Source: Deferrisomatales bacterium (GTDB lineage Bacteria > Desulfobacterota > Deferrisomatia > Deferrisomatales > JACRMM01). From it: a stretch of 35,455 nt of DNA. The stretch lies in the NCBI GenBank assembly GCA_033551855.1, contig JAWSUI010000041.1, positions 1 to 35,455 on the forward strand, read 5' to 3'. The notes beneath the pieces are model-generated. The model was given only the letters and a program-made list of their open reading frames with translations, made no database searches and was not told the DNA's origin. Positions 8,036 through 17,894 of this stretch are shown here, piece by piece (position 1 is the first letter of the stretch; each line of letters begins with the position of its first letter). Position numbers and translations under genes: made by a program.

Positions 8036-9019
8036 CTACAGATCGCCCCAGGGGACGAGCCCCGAGTCCCAGTCGGGGGTGCTGTCCCCGTCCGTGTCGG
8101 CCTCCAGCCGGTAATGGGTCGAGGAGACCGCCGTGAGCCGGACCCAGGTGCCGTCGGCCCCGTCCGCCCGGAGCACGCCGCTCGAGGGGACGTCGTCGCC
8201 GAAGGCCACGAGGAACGGCGTGGCGGTGGTCACGTCCACGTGCCCGTGCGCCGAGTGGAACGCGCGCCCGGTCACGGTGACGCGCTCGCCCCCAGCCACC
8301 TCGACGGAGCCCACGACGAAGTCCTCGAGGCGGATCGCCTCCCCTGCGCCGTTGTCCCGAACGGTCAAGTCGATCACGGCGGTCGTGGCCGTTCCGCCGA
8401 ACGTGTAAGACAGCGACCCGCCCATGGCGACGTCGGTCTCCCCGCCCTGGACCGAGAGGACGGGGATCGTCAGCTTGAGCTGCAGGAACTCTCCCGTGTC
8501 GATGTCCACCTGTCCGTTCATGGAGATCGATCCGGAGAAGATCACGCCCCCCTCGCAGAAGTTCTCGAAGGAGAACGTGCCCTGGAAGACTCCCGTCTCG
8601 TCGTCGCCCGAGCCGCGGATCCAAATGGATCCGCCGCAGGAGCCGTCCATGGACTCGTCGAACTCCATCCGCCGGTAGGTTCGCCGCGCCGGTTCCATCT
8701 CCTGGCCGATCAGCCGGGTCGCGAGTCGCGCGGCGCCGAGAGGCAAGTCGGAGGACGGAGCTCTCACCGTCCTGGCCGCGCTCCGGAAGGCGATGTCGCC
8801 GCCCACGAACCCGAGGTCGCGGCTCGTCTCGCCCCCCGCCATGGCGACGCCGACCAGTTCCTGGGCGTTGTCTTCGGTCACCACCGCCTTCTCGGTCTTG
8901 CCCCCATATTCGACGCCGATTCCCCCTCCCCCGCCGCCCCCCCCGCAGCCAAAGGCCAGAAACATCGCTCCCGCAAGGACTGCGGCCCCTGTGGCCCGCC
9001 CAAGATACCTTCTGCTCAT
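8036..9019 (-). CDS. Hypothetical lipoprotein, acidic and beta-rich
   Basis: MSRRYLGRATGAAVLAGAMFLAFG-C signal/lipobox followed by a poly-Gly linker; RBS gggaggaa upstream of the ATG at 9019. Confidence 0.8.
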   Translation of the reverse strand: MSRRYLGRATGAAVLAGAMFLAFGCGGGGGGGGIGVEYGGKTEKAVVTEDNAQELVGVAMAGGETSRDLGFVGGDIAFRSAARTVRAPSSDLPLGAARLATRLIGQEMEPARRTYRRMEFDESMDGSCGGSIWIRGSGDDETGVFQGTFSFENFCEGGVIFSGSISMNGQVDIDTGEFLQLKLTIPVLSVQGGETDVAMGGSLSYTFGGTATTAVIDLTVRDNGAGEAIRLEDFVVGSVEVAGGERVTVTGRAFHSAHGHVDVTTATPFLVAFGDDVPSSGVLRADGADGTWVRLTAVSSTHYRLEADTDGDSTPDWDSGLVPWGDL

Positions 9020-9224
9020 CGTTTCCTCCCTGGGGCGGCGTAGCCCCTCCGTGCAGCTCCCGGTGACCTCGCGTCTGCCGTTCCCGGGGACCGGATCGGC
9101 CGCCACGCGACGGCGACGCGAGAGATTCCGTCGCAGCGGCTCCTCGTGCCGACGTGGACTCGACCCCTCTGAACGGCAGACGTCGGCCATCACAGTATTT
9201 TCGGCACCGGGAGCGTCAACTTTA

Positions 9225-9433
9225 GGTTCATCCGGCAAACGACCGGGTGGGCCCGCCCACTCCGGCAGACGATGCCGGGCTGCACGGTGGGGGCGCTCCC
9301 GCACCGCATCCGGAATCCTCGCGATATGGCGGCTCCCGAAGCAGCTGGTCCGGTCGAGCGGCCGTCCGCCTACGTGGTCGGGCCCACCCGATCGTCCCTG
9401 GAGACGAGTACCCGGTCATTCCCCGGATGAGCC
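9225..9433 (+). mobile_element. MITE family B, copy 2
   Basis: TIRs GGTTCATCCGGCAAACGACCGGGT / ACCCGGTCATTCCCCGGATGAGCC; perfect 8-bp TSD CAACTTTA (9217-9224, 9434-9441). Confidence 0.9.
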
Positions 9434-9664
9434 CAACTTTAGGGATCCTCCGCGGGTACCGACCCGGAAGGGCGACGCCCGGGCCACGGCAGACTCGGGG
9501 ATCTCCCTGCAGCCGCCGGCCTTGGGCCCGCCGGTTCGTCGGTCCCGGAAAGGGGGAACGGGCAATGTCTTGTCCCACCGGGGGTGCGAATGGGCGTCGA
9601 ACGTCGGCTCACTTGGAAGATCGACCGGCCTTCGATGGTTGACCTGTGTGTGCGGGGTGGGGGG

Positions 9665-9727
9665 GACGTCGATACCGACGACGAGATGCTCCGAGGGGCC
9701 TCGAATCTCCGCTCGCAGGGCGCGAAA
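9665..9727 (-). pseudogene. Probable IS110-family transposase N-terminal remnant
   Basis: Translates to FRALRAEIRGPSEHLVVGIDV; VGIDV matches the first DEDD motif, and similarity is lost afterwards. Confidence 0.45.
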
Positions 9728-9904
9728 GACCCAACCGGGCCCTGTTCGCCACGCTGGTAGCGGGGCGGAGACGTGGTTGTCGGGCGAGGAGAGGGGAACC
9801 GGCGGCCCTTGGGCGGAGACCGTGGAGAGCGCTGTAGGTGATCACCTGGGGGGGAGGCAGGAAGGGGGGCGGCGGGCTCCAGGGAGGCCGAAGGTGGTCC
9901 CGGG

Positions 9905-9933
9905 AAACACGACGGCCGCCCGGAAGGCGGCCG
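9905..9933 (-). terminator. Terminator of tRNA-Cys
   Basis: acggccgcc-ttcc/g-ggcggccgt stem followed by cgtgttt on the minus strand. Confidence 0.6.
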
Positions 9934-9995
9934 TGCTGCATCTCCTGACGGTTGCCGTTTCAATTACAATCGCCCCGGCCAGGAGTCGTAAGTGC

Positions 9996-10069
<74 letters not shown>

Positions 10070-10082
10070 TCGAAAGGTGGGT

Positions 10083-10112
10083 AACCTACTCGGACGTCCC
10101 GGCGGTTGTCAA
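10083..10112 (-). promoter_or_regulatory. sigma70-type promoter of tRNA-Cys
   Basis: TTGACA-18nt-TAGGTT. Confidence 0.6.
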
Positions 10113-10196
10113 GATCGGCTCCGCCAACACATCGCCTCCGCCCGCGATCCGCGGCGTCGCGGACGGAAGGGGAGGATACAGGGCTTGACGCGCTCG

Positions 10197-10404
10197 CCAA
10201 GATCCACCGCCAGATTCTCGGGCGGGGGCGGGGGGCCGTGGTGTGCAGCCCCGCACCGCCTCGACCGACCCGCCGAGTCCGGCGCAAACGGGTGAAGCGG
10301 GGCGCACCGGGGCCTGGGGGGACACCCCTTCGGACGGCCGCGGGTTTCGCGGCGAAACGCAAGGGCCCCCCGACCCCGCTCACCGCCGAGGCGGGGGATC
10401 GAGG
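10197..10404 (+). mobile_element. MITE family A, copy 2
   Basis: TIRs ccaagatccaccgcc / ggcgggggatcgagg; 5-bp TSD GCTCG (10192-10196, 10405-10409). Confidence 0.85.
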
Positions 10405-10427
10405 GCTCGCCGGGTTCGCGGGGTTCG

Positions 10428-10457
10428 TTGACTTGGCTGGAACCGTTCCCCTATAAT
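10428..10457 (+). promoter_or_regulatory. sigma70-type promoter of metF
   Basis: TTGACT-18nt-TATAAT; RBS gaggagg before the GTG at 10514. Confidence 0.7.
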
Positions 10458-10513
10458 CCGCGGCGTTTGTCTTCCCTGAAGCTTCTTTTGCCCCCGGGTG
10501 AGGAGGAAAGAAC

Positions 10514-12073
10514 GTGGCCGAGAACGCTACCCGATTCCAGCAGTCCCTGCTCGACAAGAACGCGCTCAGTGTCACCTGGGAGCTGGTGCCCGGGCGAGGG
10601 GCGTTCGAGAAGGCGCAAGAGGTCGTGATCTCCTCGGCCGAGGAGGCGGCAAAGGCCGGGAAGGTCCATGCCCTCACCATCACCGACAACCCGGGGGGCA
10701 ACCCGGCCATCTCTGCGGAGATGCTCGGCGCCGAGGTGCTGCGGCTCGGGATCGAGCCGTTGGTCCACTTCACCTGCAAGGACAAGAATCGCAATCAGCT
10801 CGAGGGCCTCCTCTACGGGATGGACCGGGCGGATGTCCGGAACCTGCTGATCATGACGGGCGACTACACCTACAGCGGGTATATGGGGCGCTCCAAGCCC
10901 GTGTTCGACATCGACCCCTCCATGCTGCTCCACATGGTCTCGGATCTGAACAAGGGCCTCGAGGTGCCCACGTTCAAGGGGACCACGACCCTCAGCCCCA
11001 CCCGCTTCTTTGCGGGTGCGGCGGTGAGCCCCTTCAAGGCCCTCGAGTCGGAGCAGATGGGTCAGTACTACAAGCTCAAGAAGAAGCTCGAGGCCGGGGC
11101 GCAGTTCATCGTCACCCAGCTGGGGTACGACGCCCGGAAGATCCACGAGGCGCTGCTCATCGTCACACACCTGGGCTTCGGCGATGTGCCGGTGGTCGGC
11201 AACATCTATCTGCTCCCGCTGGGTGCGGCCCGGCTCATGAACCGCAACGGCTTGCCCGGGTGCGTGGTGACCAACGAGCTGGTGGCGGCGATCGGGAAGG
11301 AGGCCGAGGCCGACGACAAGGGCAAGGCCAAGCGCCTCGAGAGGGCGGCGAAGATGTACGCCATGATGAAGGGCATGGGCTTTGCCGGCGTGCACATCGG
11401 CGGCCACGGCATGAAGTACGCCGAGGTGGAGGAGATCCTCTCGCGGGGGGAGGAGCTCGCCCCCAACTGGACCGACCTGGTTCGGGAGTTCGACTTCTCG
11501 CAGCTCAACGGCTGGTACTACTTCGAGAAGGATCCGAAGACGGGGCTCAACACCGAGACCCCCGTGGACCGCTCCAAGGATGTGCCCTCCGCTTCGATCG
11601 GGTACAAGACCTTCAAGGTGCTCCACAACGTGATGTTCGAGGAGAAGGGCTTCCTGTTCAAGCCGATGCAAGCCCTGGCCCGCGCCGTGGACGGGTCCGC
11701 GGTGGAGCACGCCTTCACCCGGGTCGAGCACTTCATGAAGGTGATGACGAACGAGTGCCTGCACTGCGGCGACTGCGGCCTCTTCGACATCGCCTACCTC
11801 TGCCCCACCAGCCAGTGCCCCAAGGGGCAGCGCAACGGCCCCTGCGGCGGGAGCTTCGAGGGGTGGTGTGAGGTGTACCCGAAGGAGAAGGAGTGCATCT
11901 ACGTGCGGGCGTACCCCCGGCTCAAGAGCCACGGCGCCGAGGACACCCTGGGGGCCTATCACGTGCCGCCGGTGAACTACGACCTGCTCTGGACCTCCTC
12001 GTGGCTCAACTTCTACCTGGGCCGCGATCACTCGGCCAAGAGGCTCGGGATCAAGCCCCCGGTCAAGAAGTGA
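10514..12073 (+). CDS. metF: Methylenetetrahydrofolate reductase with a C-terminal 8-Cys MetV-like domain
   Basis: TDNPGG, HFTCKDKN, TGDY, KLEAGAQFIVTQLGYD; C-terminal CLHCGDC..CP..QCPK..RNGPCGG..C..C. Confidence 0.88.
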   Translation: MAENATRFQQSLLDKNALSVTWELVPGRGAFEKAQEVVISSAEEAAKAGKVHALTITDNPGGNPAISAEMLGAEVLRLGIEPLVHFTCKDKNRNQLEGLLYGMDRADVRNLLIMTGDYTYSGYMGRSKPVFDIDPSMLLHMVSDLNKGLEVPTFKGTTTLSPTRFFAGAAVSPFKALESEQMGQYYKLKKKLEAGAQFIVTQLGYDARKIHEALLIVTHLGFGDVPVVGNIYLLPLGAARLMNRNGLPGCVVTNELVAAIGKEAEADDKGKAKRLERAAKMYAMMKGMGFAGVHIGGHGMKYAEVEEILSRGEELAPNWTDLVREFDFSQLNGWYYFEKDPKTGLNTETPVDRSKDVPSASIGYKTFKVLHNVMFEEKGFLFKPMQALARAVDGSAVEHAFTRVEHFMKVMTNECLHCGDCGLFDIAYLCPTSQCPKGQRNGPCGGSFEGWCEVYPKEKECIYVRAYPRLKSHGAEDTLGAYHVPPVNYDLLWTSSWLNFYLGRDHSAKRLGIKPPVKK

Positions 12074-12125
12074 CGCCTCTCTGACGCCCGCCGGGAGAAG
12101 GGAGGCCCTGGGCGTCCCCTCTCCC

Positions 12126-12333
12126 GGCTCATCCAGGAAGTGGCCGGATGGGTCCGCCCACTCCGGCGACCGACGCCGGACACCCAACGCTTGCGAGCAC
12201 TCGGGTCCCCCGGAACGCCCGAAGGGACTACGGGCCCCGACGGGGATAGGGTGATCGAGCGGCCTTCCGCCAGCGCCGTCGGACCCATCCGGCCGTCCTT
12301 GCGCACGACAACCCGTCATTCTCCGGAAGGGTC
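12126..12333 (+). mobile_element. MITE family B, divergent copy
   Basis: ggctcatccaggaagtggccggatgggtccgcccactccggc ... tcgagcggcc.tccgcc ... acccgtcattctccggaagggtc; same length and layout as the other copies, no TSD left. Confidence 0.7.
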
Positions 12334-12364
12334 TCCTTCTCGTTTTCTCGGCCGGGAGAAGCCC

Positions 12365-13102
12365 ATGGGGTGCCTCGACCGCCTCAGCGTCGTGTTGGTG
12401 GAACCCCTCTACGGCGGCAACGTGGGGAGCGTCGCCCGGGTGATGGCCAACTTCGGGCTCTCCCGCCTCGTCCTGGTCAATCCGGCCCCCGGGGTTCGCG
12501 AGGATCCGGCCCTGGGACCCATGGCTCGAACCGCAGAGGGGCTGGTCCGAGGGGCCGACCTGGCCGGAACTCTCGACGAAGCCCTCGCCGGGGCCGACCT
12601 GGCCCTGGGTTTCACGACGCGTCTGGGCAAGCGGCGGCGGGACGGCCTCGACCTGCGGCAGGCCCTGGAGCGGCTGGCCCGGGAAGCGGGCGGGGCTCGC
12701 GTCTCGGCCGTCTTCGGGAGGGAGGACAAGGGGCTGACCAACGCCGAGTTGGAGCGTTGCCAGTGGCTCGTGCGCATCCCCACCGCTCCGGGGCTCCCGA
12801 GCCTGAACCTGGCCCAGGCCGTGGGGCTCTTCTGCTACGAAGCTTCTCTTGCCCTGGGGGCTCGGGGCAGCCCGGCCGGCCCGCGGCCTGCGGCGGTTCC
12901 GGAGCTCGAGGGGCTGTACCGCCATGCGGAGCGGGTCCTGCAGGAAATCGGGTTCATCGAGGAGGCGAGCCCGAGGAGAATGATGAACGAGGTGCGGCGG
13001 ATCTTCTCCCGGCGCCTGCCCGAGCCGCGGGACGTCCGAATCCTGAGGGGGATCCTCGCCAAGATGGAAGGAGCGCTGAAGAGAAGCGGGCACAAGGGGT
13101 GA
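12365..13102 (+). CDS. trmJ: tRNA (C32/U32-2'-O)-methyltransferase, TrmJ/LasT SPOUT family
   Basis: VVLVEP..GNVGSVARVMANFG, VFGREDKGLTNAEL, SLNLAQAV; start reassigned to the ATG at 12365. Confidence 0.9.
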   Translation: MGCLDRLSVVLVEPLYGGNVGSVARVMANFGLSRLVLVNPAPGVREDPALGPMARTAEGLVRGADLAGTLDEALAGADLALGFTTRLGKRRRDGLDLRQALERLAREAGGARVSAVFGREDKGLTNAELERCQWLVRIPTAPGLPSLNLAQAVGLFCYEASLALGARGSPAGPRPAAVPELEGLYRHAERVLQEIGFIEEASPRRMMNEVRRIFSRRLPEPRDVRILRGILAKMEGALKRSGHKG

Positions 13103-13153
13103 GAAGGGGTCCAAGGGGCGACGGGCCGGCCGTCACCCGTGACTCGTGACGTC

Positions 13154-13354
13154 TCATTCGTCCAGTGCGTCGAGCCGCCTCTTGCGCTCGTCTTGGGTGC
13201 GGGTGACCCGTGCGGCGGTTTCCTTCGCGATCTCCATCGGTTCCAGGACGGTATGCTCGCCCCTGGTGCCCTGGAGGACCTCCAGGTCGCGGACCACCAG
13301 ATAGGTGACGGTCAGCAGGGCAAAGAGGATGACGAGCCAGCCGAAGCCTTTCAT
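13154..13354 (-). CDS. Small hypothetical membrane-anchored protein (66 aa)
   Basis: MKGFGWLVILFALLTVTYLVVRD... single TM plus charged tail; ggagg RBS upstream. Confidence 0.65.
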   Translation of the reverse strand: MKGFGWLVILFALLTVTYLVVRDLEVLQGTRGEHTVLEPMEIAKETAARVTRTQDERKRRLDALDE

Positions 13355-13417
13355 GGGGTGCCTCCGGAATGGGAGTCGGTGCCGGTGCCGGTGTGATCGG
13401 CGCGCGGGGGGCGGCCC

Positions 13418-14131
13418 TTGAGCCCGGGGGCCTTCGTGCCGTTCCCGGAGCCCCGGCGTTTCGCCACCTTCGTGGGGCGGCGCCAACGCTTTCTGGCGGA
13501 CGTGGTCTTGGAAGACGGCACCGCCGTCGTCGCCCACTGCCCCAACACCGGTTCCATGAAGGGGTGTCTCCACCCCGGCCGCCCGGCCCTCCTCTGGGAC
13601 AGCCGCAATCCGGCCCGGAAGCTGCGGTATACGTGGAAGGCGATCGAAGGCGAGGAGGGGTGGATCGGCGTCGACACCGGCGTGCCCAATCGCCTGGCGG
13701 AGCAGGCGATCCGCGCCGGCCTTCTCCCGGCCCTCGCGGGTTTCACGAAGATCGCTCGGGAGCAGCCGATGGGGGAGCGGAGCCGGGTGGATCTGGTGCT
13801 CTCCGTCCCCGGTACTTGCTACGTGGAGGTGAAGAACGTGACCCTCGTCGAGGGAGGGGGCGCTCGTTTTCCCGACGCCGTGACGGCGCGGGGGCGCAAG
13901 CACCTCGAGGAGTTGGCGGCACGAGTGCGGGCGGGCCACCGGGCAGCCATGCTCTACGTGGTCCAGCGCCAGGATGGGCGTTGGTTCGAGCCCGCGGAAG
14001 ACATCGACCCCGCCTACGCTCAAGGTTTGCGGCACGCCGTGGGGGCCGGGGTGGAGGTCTACGTGCTGGGGGCCCGGGTCACGCCCGAGGGGGTCGAGGG
14101 GACCGGGCTCCTCCCGGTCCGGGGGGTTTGA
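13418..14131 (+). CDS. sfsA: SfsA-family DNA/RNA nuclease (sugar fermentation stimulation protein)
   Basis: RFLADV, AHCPNTGSM, SRVDL, YVEVKNVT, FPDAVTARGRKHL. Confidence 0.92.
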   Translation: MSPGAFVPFPEPRRFATFVGRRQRFLADVVLEDGTAVVAHCPNTGSMKGCLHPGRPALLWDSRNPARKLRYTWKAIEGEEGWIGVDTGVPNRLAEQAIRAGLLPALAGFTKIAREQPMGERSRVDLVLSVPGTCYVEVKNVTLVEGGGARFPDAVTARGRKHLEELAARVRAGHRAAMLYVVQRQDGRWFEPAEDIDPAYAQGLRHAVGAGVEVYVLGARVTPEGVEGTGLLPVRGV

Positions 14132-14154
14132 AGGGGGCGACCGTGGCGACGCGG

Positions 14155-14174
14155 GGTGGCCGAAAACGGCCACC
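14155..14174. promoter_or_regulatory. Candidate enhancer (UAS) for a sigma54 activator
   Basis: Perfect palindrome GGTGGCCG-AAAA-CGGCCACC about 100 bp upstream of the -24 box. Confidence 0.5.
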
Positions 14175-14267
14175 GATTGGCCGCGGACGGCCCGTGAGGC
14201 AGGTCCCCGACGGGACCGGCGGCGGCGCCTGGCTGTTCCTGAGAGGAGGAACGCCGCCCGGCGATTT

Positions 14268-14283
14268 CGGCACGGCGTTTGCT
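14268..14283 (+). promoter_or_regulatory. sigma54 -24/-12 promoter of the TAXI operon
   Basis: CGGCAC-GGCGT-TTGCT with correct GG-N10-GC spacing. Confidence 0.7.
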
Positions 14284-14402
14284 AGTGACCTACGGGAGAG
14301 GGCGGCAGAGCCCGGGGATTTGACACCCTGGGGCCCTGCGGTAAGGTCTTCGCCCCATCCACCGCAGCGGGTCTTGACCCGTGTTCTCGAAAGGAGACGA
14401 CC

Positions 14403-15392
14403 ATGAACAAACGATGGACCATCGCCCTGGGCCTTGCGGCCGCGGTTGCCCTGGCTCTGACGCCGATAATGTCCTCGGCGAAGAAGCGGTTGGCCTACGG
14501 GGGCGGCCCGGTGGGCGGCACCTTCATGTACTTCGCCAATGCCACGGCGATCCTGATGTCCCGGAACATCCCGGACGTCGAGGTCTCCGGTGAGGGCACG
14601 GGAGGCTCCGCCGAGAACCTGAAGCGCCTCAACAGCGGCGACATCGATTTCGGGATCGTCTACGCCGGCGACCTTTGGCTCGGCGCAAAAGGGGAGTTGC
14701 CGAGAGACCCGCAGAAGTATGAGCGGGTGCGTCCCATGTCGTATCTCTACGGAGCCCCCGCCCAGCTCGTGACCTTGAAGGCCGCCGGGATCACCGACCC
14801 GAAGCAGCTTGCCGGCAAGAAGGTGGCCGTGGGGAACGCCGGGTCCGGCGCCGCCCTCTCGGCCCAACGGTACTTCGAGACCATCGGCATCTGGGACAAG
14901 ATGGAGCCCCAGTTCCTGGGGTACTCCGCTGCGGCCTCGGCGCTGGGCGATCGGAAGATCGACGCCTTCTGGGTCCTCGTGGGCTACCCGAACGCATCGA
15001 TCATCGAGGCCAGCACCACCAACGACATCGCCCTCGTCGATCTGGTGGCCGCCGGCGAGGCCGCGGGCTTCTTCGAGAAGTTCCCGTTCTACGCGGCGAC
15101 CAAGATCCCGGGGGGCACGTACCGGGGCCAGGAAGGCGAGGTCAAGACCTTCCAAGACTCCACCCTGTGGTGCGCGGGCGACAGGGTCGACGCCGACATC
15201 GTGTACCAGGCCCTCAAGGTGGTCTACTCCCCCGAGGGGCTCGCGCACATGGTCCAAGCTCACAAGGCCGCCACCGAGATGAGCCTCGAGACGGGCCTGA
15301 GCGGCATTCCGCTCCCCCTCCACAAGGGTGCTCAGAAGTTCTGGGCGGAGAAGGGCAAGGAGATCCCGGACGCCATCAAGTCCAAGGACTGA
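14403..15392 (+). CDS. TAXI-family TRAP transporter solute-binding protein
   Basis: Signal peptide; GGGPVGGTF, TGGSAENL, VAVGNAGSG, IPLPLHKGA; RBS aaggag. Confidence 0.92.
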   Translation: MNKRWTIALGLAAAVALALTPIMSSAKKRLAYGGGPVGGTFMYFANATAILMSRNIPDVEVSGEGTGGSAENLKRLNSGDIDFGIVYAGDLWLGAKGELPRDPQKYERVRPMSYLYGAPAQLVTLKAAGITDPKQLAGKKVAVGNAGSGAALSAQRYFETIGIWDKMEPQFLGYSAAASALGDRKIDAFWVLVGYPNASIIEASTTNDIALVDLVAAGEAAGFFEKFPFYAATKIPGGTYRGQEGEVKTFQDSTLWCAGDRVDADIVYQALKVVYSPEGLAHMVQAHKAATEMSLETGLSGIPLPLHKGAQKFWAEKGKEIPDAIKSKD

Positions 15393-15416
15393 TGATCGTG
15401 CCGTGAGGGATGCGCG

Positions 15417-15448
15417 ACGGGAGGGGGCTCTGCCCCCTCCCGTTTTTT
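15417..15448 (+). terminator. Intra-operonic rho-independent terminator
   Basis: acgggagggggc-tct-gccccctcccgt followed by a T run. Confidence 0.75.
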
Positions 15449-15505
15449 CTCGCTGGGGCCGAGAGGGGCGCAAGGCCTCCGACACACTTTGAGGGGAGCA
15501 CTGCC

Positions 15506-17869
15506 ATGTCGGTGGAGGAATTCCGGGAGGCGGCCGGCGGCGGCGAGACCGAGATCAAGGACGAGAAGCTCAAGAAGTACCTCGAGAAGGAGGAGAAGAG
15601 CGTCCGCAAGGTGGGGGGGGTCTGGCACTGGATCGCCGCCCTGCTCATGGCGGCGATGGTGCTCTTCTACTTCTACTCCTCCGGCATTCGGCCGGTCTCG
15701 GCCGAGCTCCACCGCGGGATCTACGTGCTCCTCACGTATGTCCTGGTGTTCCTTCTGTACCCGGCCGGGTCCCGCTGGTTCCGGCCGGTCCTGTGCCTCC
15801 TCCTGGGGAGCGGCCTTTCCCTCTTCGCTTCGATCCGGGTGGTGTTCGGGAGCGTGAACGACCTGGATCAAAGGGTCGTGACGATCAAGCGCCTCTTCGA
15901 GGACGACGGTCTGGGGGCCGCTCTCGGTGCCCTGGGTCCGTTCTGGGGGGTGTTGGCCGTGGGGGTGCTTGCCGCCGCCGTCCTCTACGTGCTGGACCTG
16001 TGGTGCGACCGCCGCTTCCCCGACTCCCCCAGCCTCACCGACGTCCTCTTCAGCCTGACCTCTGCGGGCGCCGTGATCTACTGGATCGCAGAGTTCGAGG
16101 CGCTGGCATACCGGGCGGGCAGCGAGTGGCCCATCGACTTCTACGTCAGTCTCGTGGGAATCATCATTTCCATCGAGGTGGCCCGCCGGGTCCTGGGCTG
16201 GTCGATTACCCTGATCGGGATCGGTTTCGTCCTGTACTGCCTCTACGGGCCCTACATGCCCGAGATCATCGCGCACCGGGGCTTTCGGCTGGAACGCATC
16301 GTCAACGCCCTGTACCTCACCCAGGACGGCGTGTTCGGGGTGATGGCCGACGTGCTCGCCACCTACGTGATCCTCTTCATCTTCTTCGGCGCGTTCCTGC
16401 AGAAGTCCGGGGCGGGCCGCTTCTTCATCGACCTGCCCCTGGCCCTGGCCGGGCGCAGTGCCGGCGGGCCGGCCAAGGTGGCGGTGATGGCCTCGGCGCT
16501 CTTCGGCTCCATCTCGGGGAGCGCGATCGCCAACACCGTGGCCACGGGCGCCTTCACCATCCCCATGATGAAGCGCGCCGGGTTTCGGCCCCACGTGGCC
16601 GGCGCCATCGAGCCGGCGGCGTCCATCGGGGGCATGTTCATGCCGCCCGTCATGGGTGCCGGCGGCTTCCTCATGGCCGAGCTCACCGGCATCCCCTACG
16701 TGAGCATCATGCTCATGAGCATCTTCCCGGCCTTCCTCTATTTCCTGGCCGTGCTCACGATGGTCCACTTCGAGGCGAAGAAACACAAGATCCAGGGGAT
16801 CACGGAGGACCTGCCCCGGGCCCGGGACATCCTGCGCAGCGAGTGGTACATGGCGCTGCCGCTGGTAACGATCGTCGTGCTCATGCTCCTGGGGAGGTCG
16901 CCCGGCTTTGCCGCCTATTGGGCCACCCTGGGGTGCCTGGTGATCACCCTGCGGGCCAAGACCCTCCAACGGGGGCTGCTCTGGTACGGGGCCTTCCCCG
17001 CGGCGGCGGTCCTGGGTCTCTGGGCCCTGGGCTTCGACCCGGAGGCATCGGCCCAGGCCTGCGCCTTCGCCTTCATCCTGCTGAGCTGGGTGAGGGGAGA
17101 GAACCTCATGGGGCCCCGGGAGACGTGGGAGGCGATCCTCACCGGTTCCCGCAACACCCTCATCATCGGGGCCACCGTGGGCGTCATCGGGATGATCGTG
17201 GGCTCCATCGCACTCACGGGGATCGGACTCAAGTTCTCCGATATCATTATTTCCCTTGCCGACGGGAATCTCCTCATCGCCATCGCCCTCATCGCCATCG
17301 CGTCCCTGGTGCTCGGCATGGGGGTGCCGGTGACCGCGGCCTACCTGATCGTGGCGGTGCTGGCCGTGCCCGCCCTCCGGGAGATGGGGGTCATGCTCAT
17401 CGCGGCCCACCAGATCGTGTACTGGTTCAGCCAGGACTCCAACATCACCCCGCCGGTCTGCGTGGCCGCCTACGCGGGGGCGGCCATCGCGGGGTCGGAC
17501 CCCTGGAAGACCGGCTGGACGAGCTTCAAGTTCGCCAAGCTCCTCTATGTGATGCCGCTCCTGTTCGCGTACACCCCGGAGATCCTGCTCTGGAACTGGG
17601 ACGTGGCGCCGGCCCAGATGTTCCCCCTGATGGATGTGGGCATGTCGTTCTTCTCGGCGACGGCCGGGACCCTGGCCTTCTCCGCCCTCACCATGGGGTA
17701 CCTGGTGCGTAGGACCACGCTCCCGGAGTGGATCTTTTTCGCCGCCGCCACGGTGCTGTGCTACATTCCCGGGGTGCTCACCGACACGGTCGGCATCGGC
17801 ATGGTGGCCGCGCTCTGGTGGTGGCAGAAGCGCAAGAACCGCCTCGAGGAGGCCGCCGCGGCGGCCTAG
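15506..17869 (+). CDS. TRAP transporter fused 4TM/12TM permease (TAXI type)
   Basis: GGPAKVAV.AS..FGSISGSAIAN, TIPMMKRAG, MPPVMGAGGF, LGMGVP, NITPPVC; start at ATG 15506. Confidence 0.92.
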   Translation: MSVEEFREAAGGGETEIKDEKLKKYLEKEEKSVRKVGGVWHWIAALLMAAMVLFYFYSSGIRPVSAELHRGIYVLLTYVLVFLLYPAGSRWFRPVLCLLLGSGLSLFASIRVVFGSVNDLDQRVVTIKRLFEDDGLGAALGALGPFWGVLAVGVLAAAVLYVLDLWCDRRFPDSPSLTDVLFSLTSAGAVIYWIAEFEALAYRAGSEWPIDFYVSLVGIIISIEVARRVLGWSITLIGIGFVLYCLYGPYMPEIIAHRGFRLERIVNALYLTQDGVFGVMADVLATYVILFIFFGAFLQKSGAGRFFIDLPLALAGRSAGGPAKVAVMASALFGSISGSAIANTVATGAFTIPMMKRAGFRPHVAGAIEPAASIGGMFMPPVMGAGGFLMAELTGIPYVSIMLMSIFPAFLYFLAVLTMVHFEAKKHKIQGITEDLPRARDILRSEWYMALPLVTIVVLMLLGRSPGFAAYWATLGCLVITLRAKTLQRGLLWYGAFPAAAVLGLWALGFDPEASAQACAFAFILLSWVRGENLMGPRETWEAILTGSRNTLIIGATVGVIGMIVGSIALTGIGLKFSDIIISLADGNLLIAIALIAIASLVLGMGVPVTAAYLIVAVLAVPALREMGVMLIAAHQIVYWFSQDSNITPPVCVAAYAGAAIAGSDPWKTGWTSFKFAKLLYVMPLLFAYTPEILLWNWDVAPAQMFPLMDVGMSFFSATAGTLAFSALTMGYLVRRTTLPEWIFFAAATVLCYIPGVLTDTVGIGMVAALWWWQKRKNRLEEAAAAA

Positions 17870-17894
17870 CCCCGGAGCACGCAGGAGGAAGAAC

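Noticed and set aside
10458..10513. SAM riboswitch upstream of metF
   Set aside because: Leader after the -10 box is only ~50 nt and lacks SAM riboswitch core motifs.
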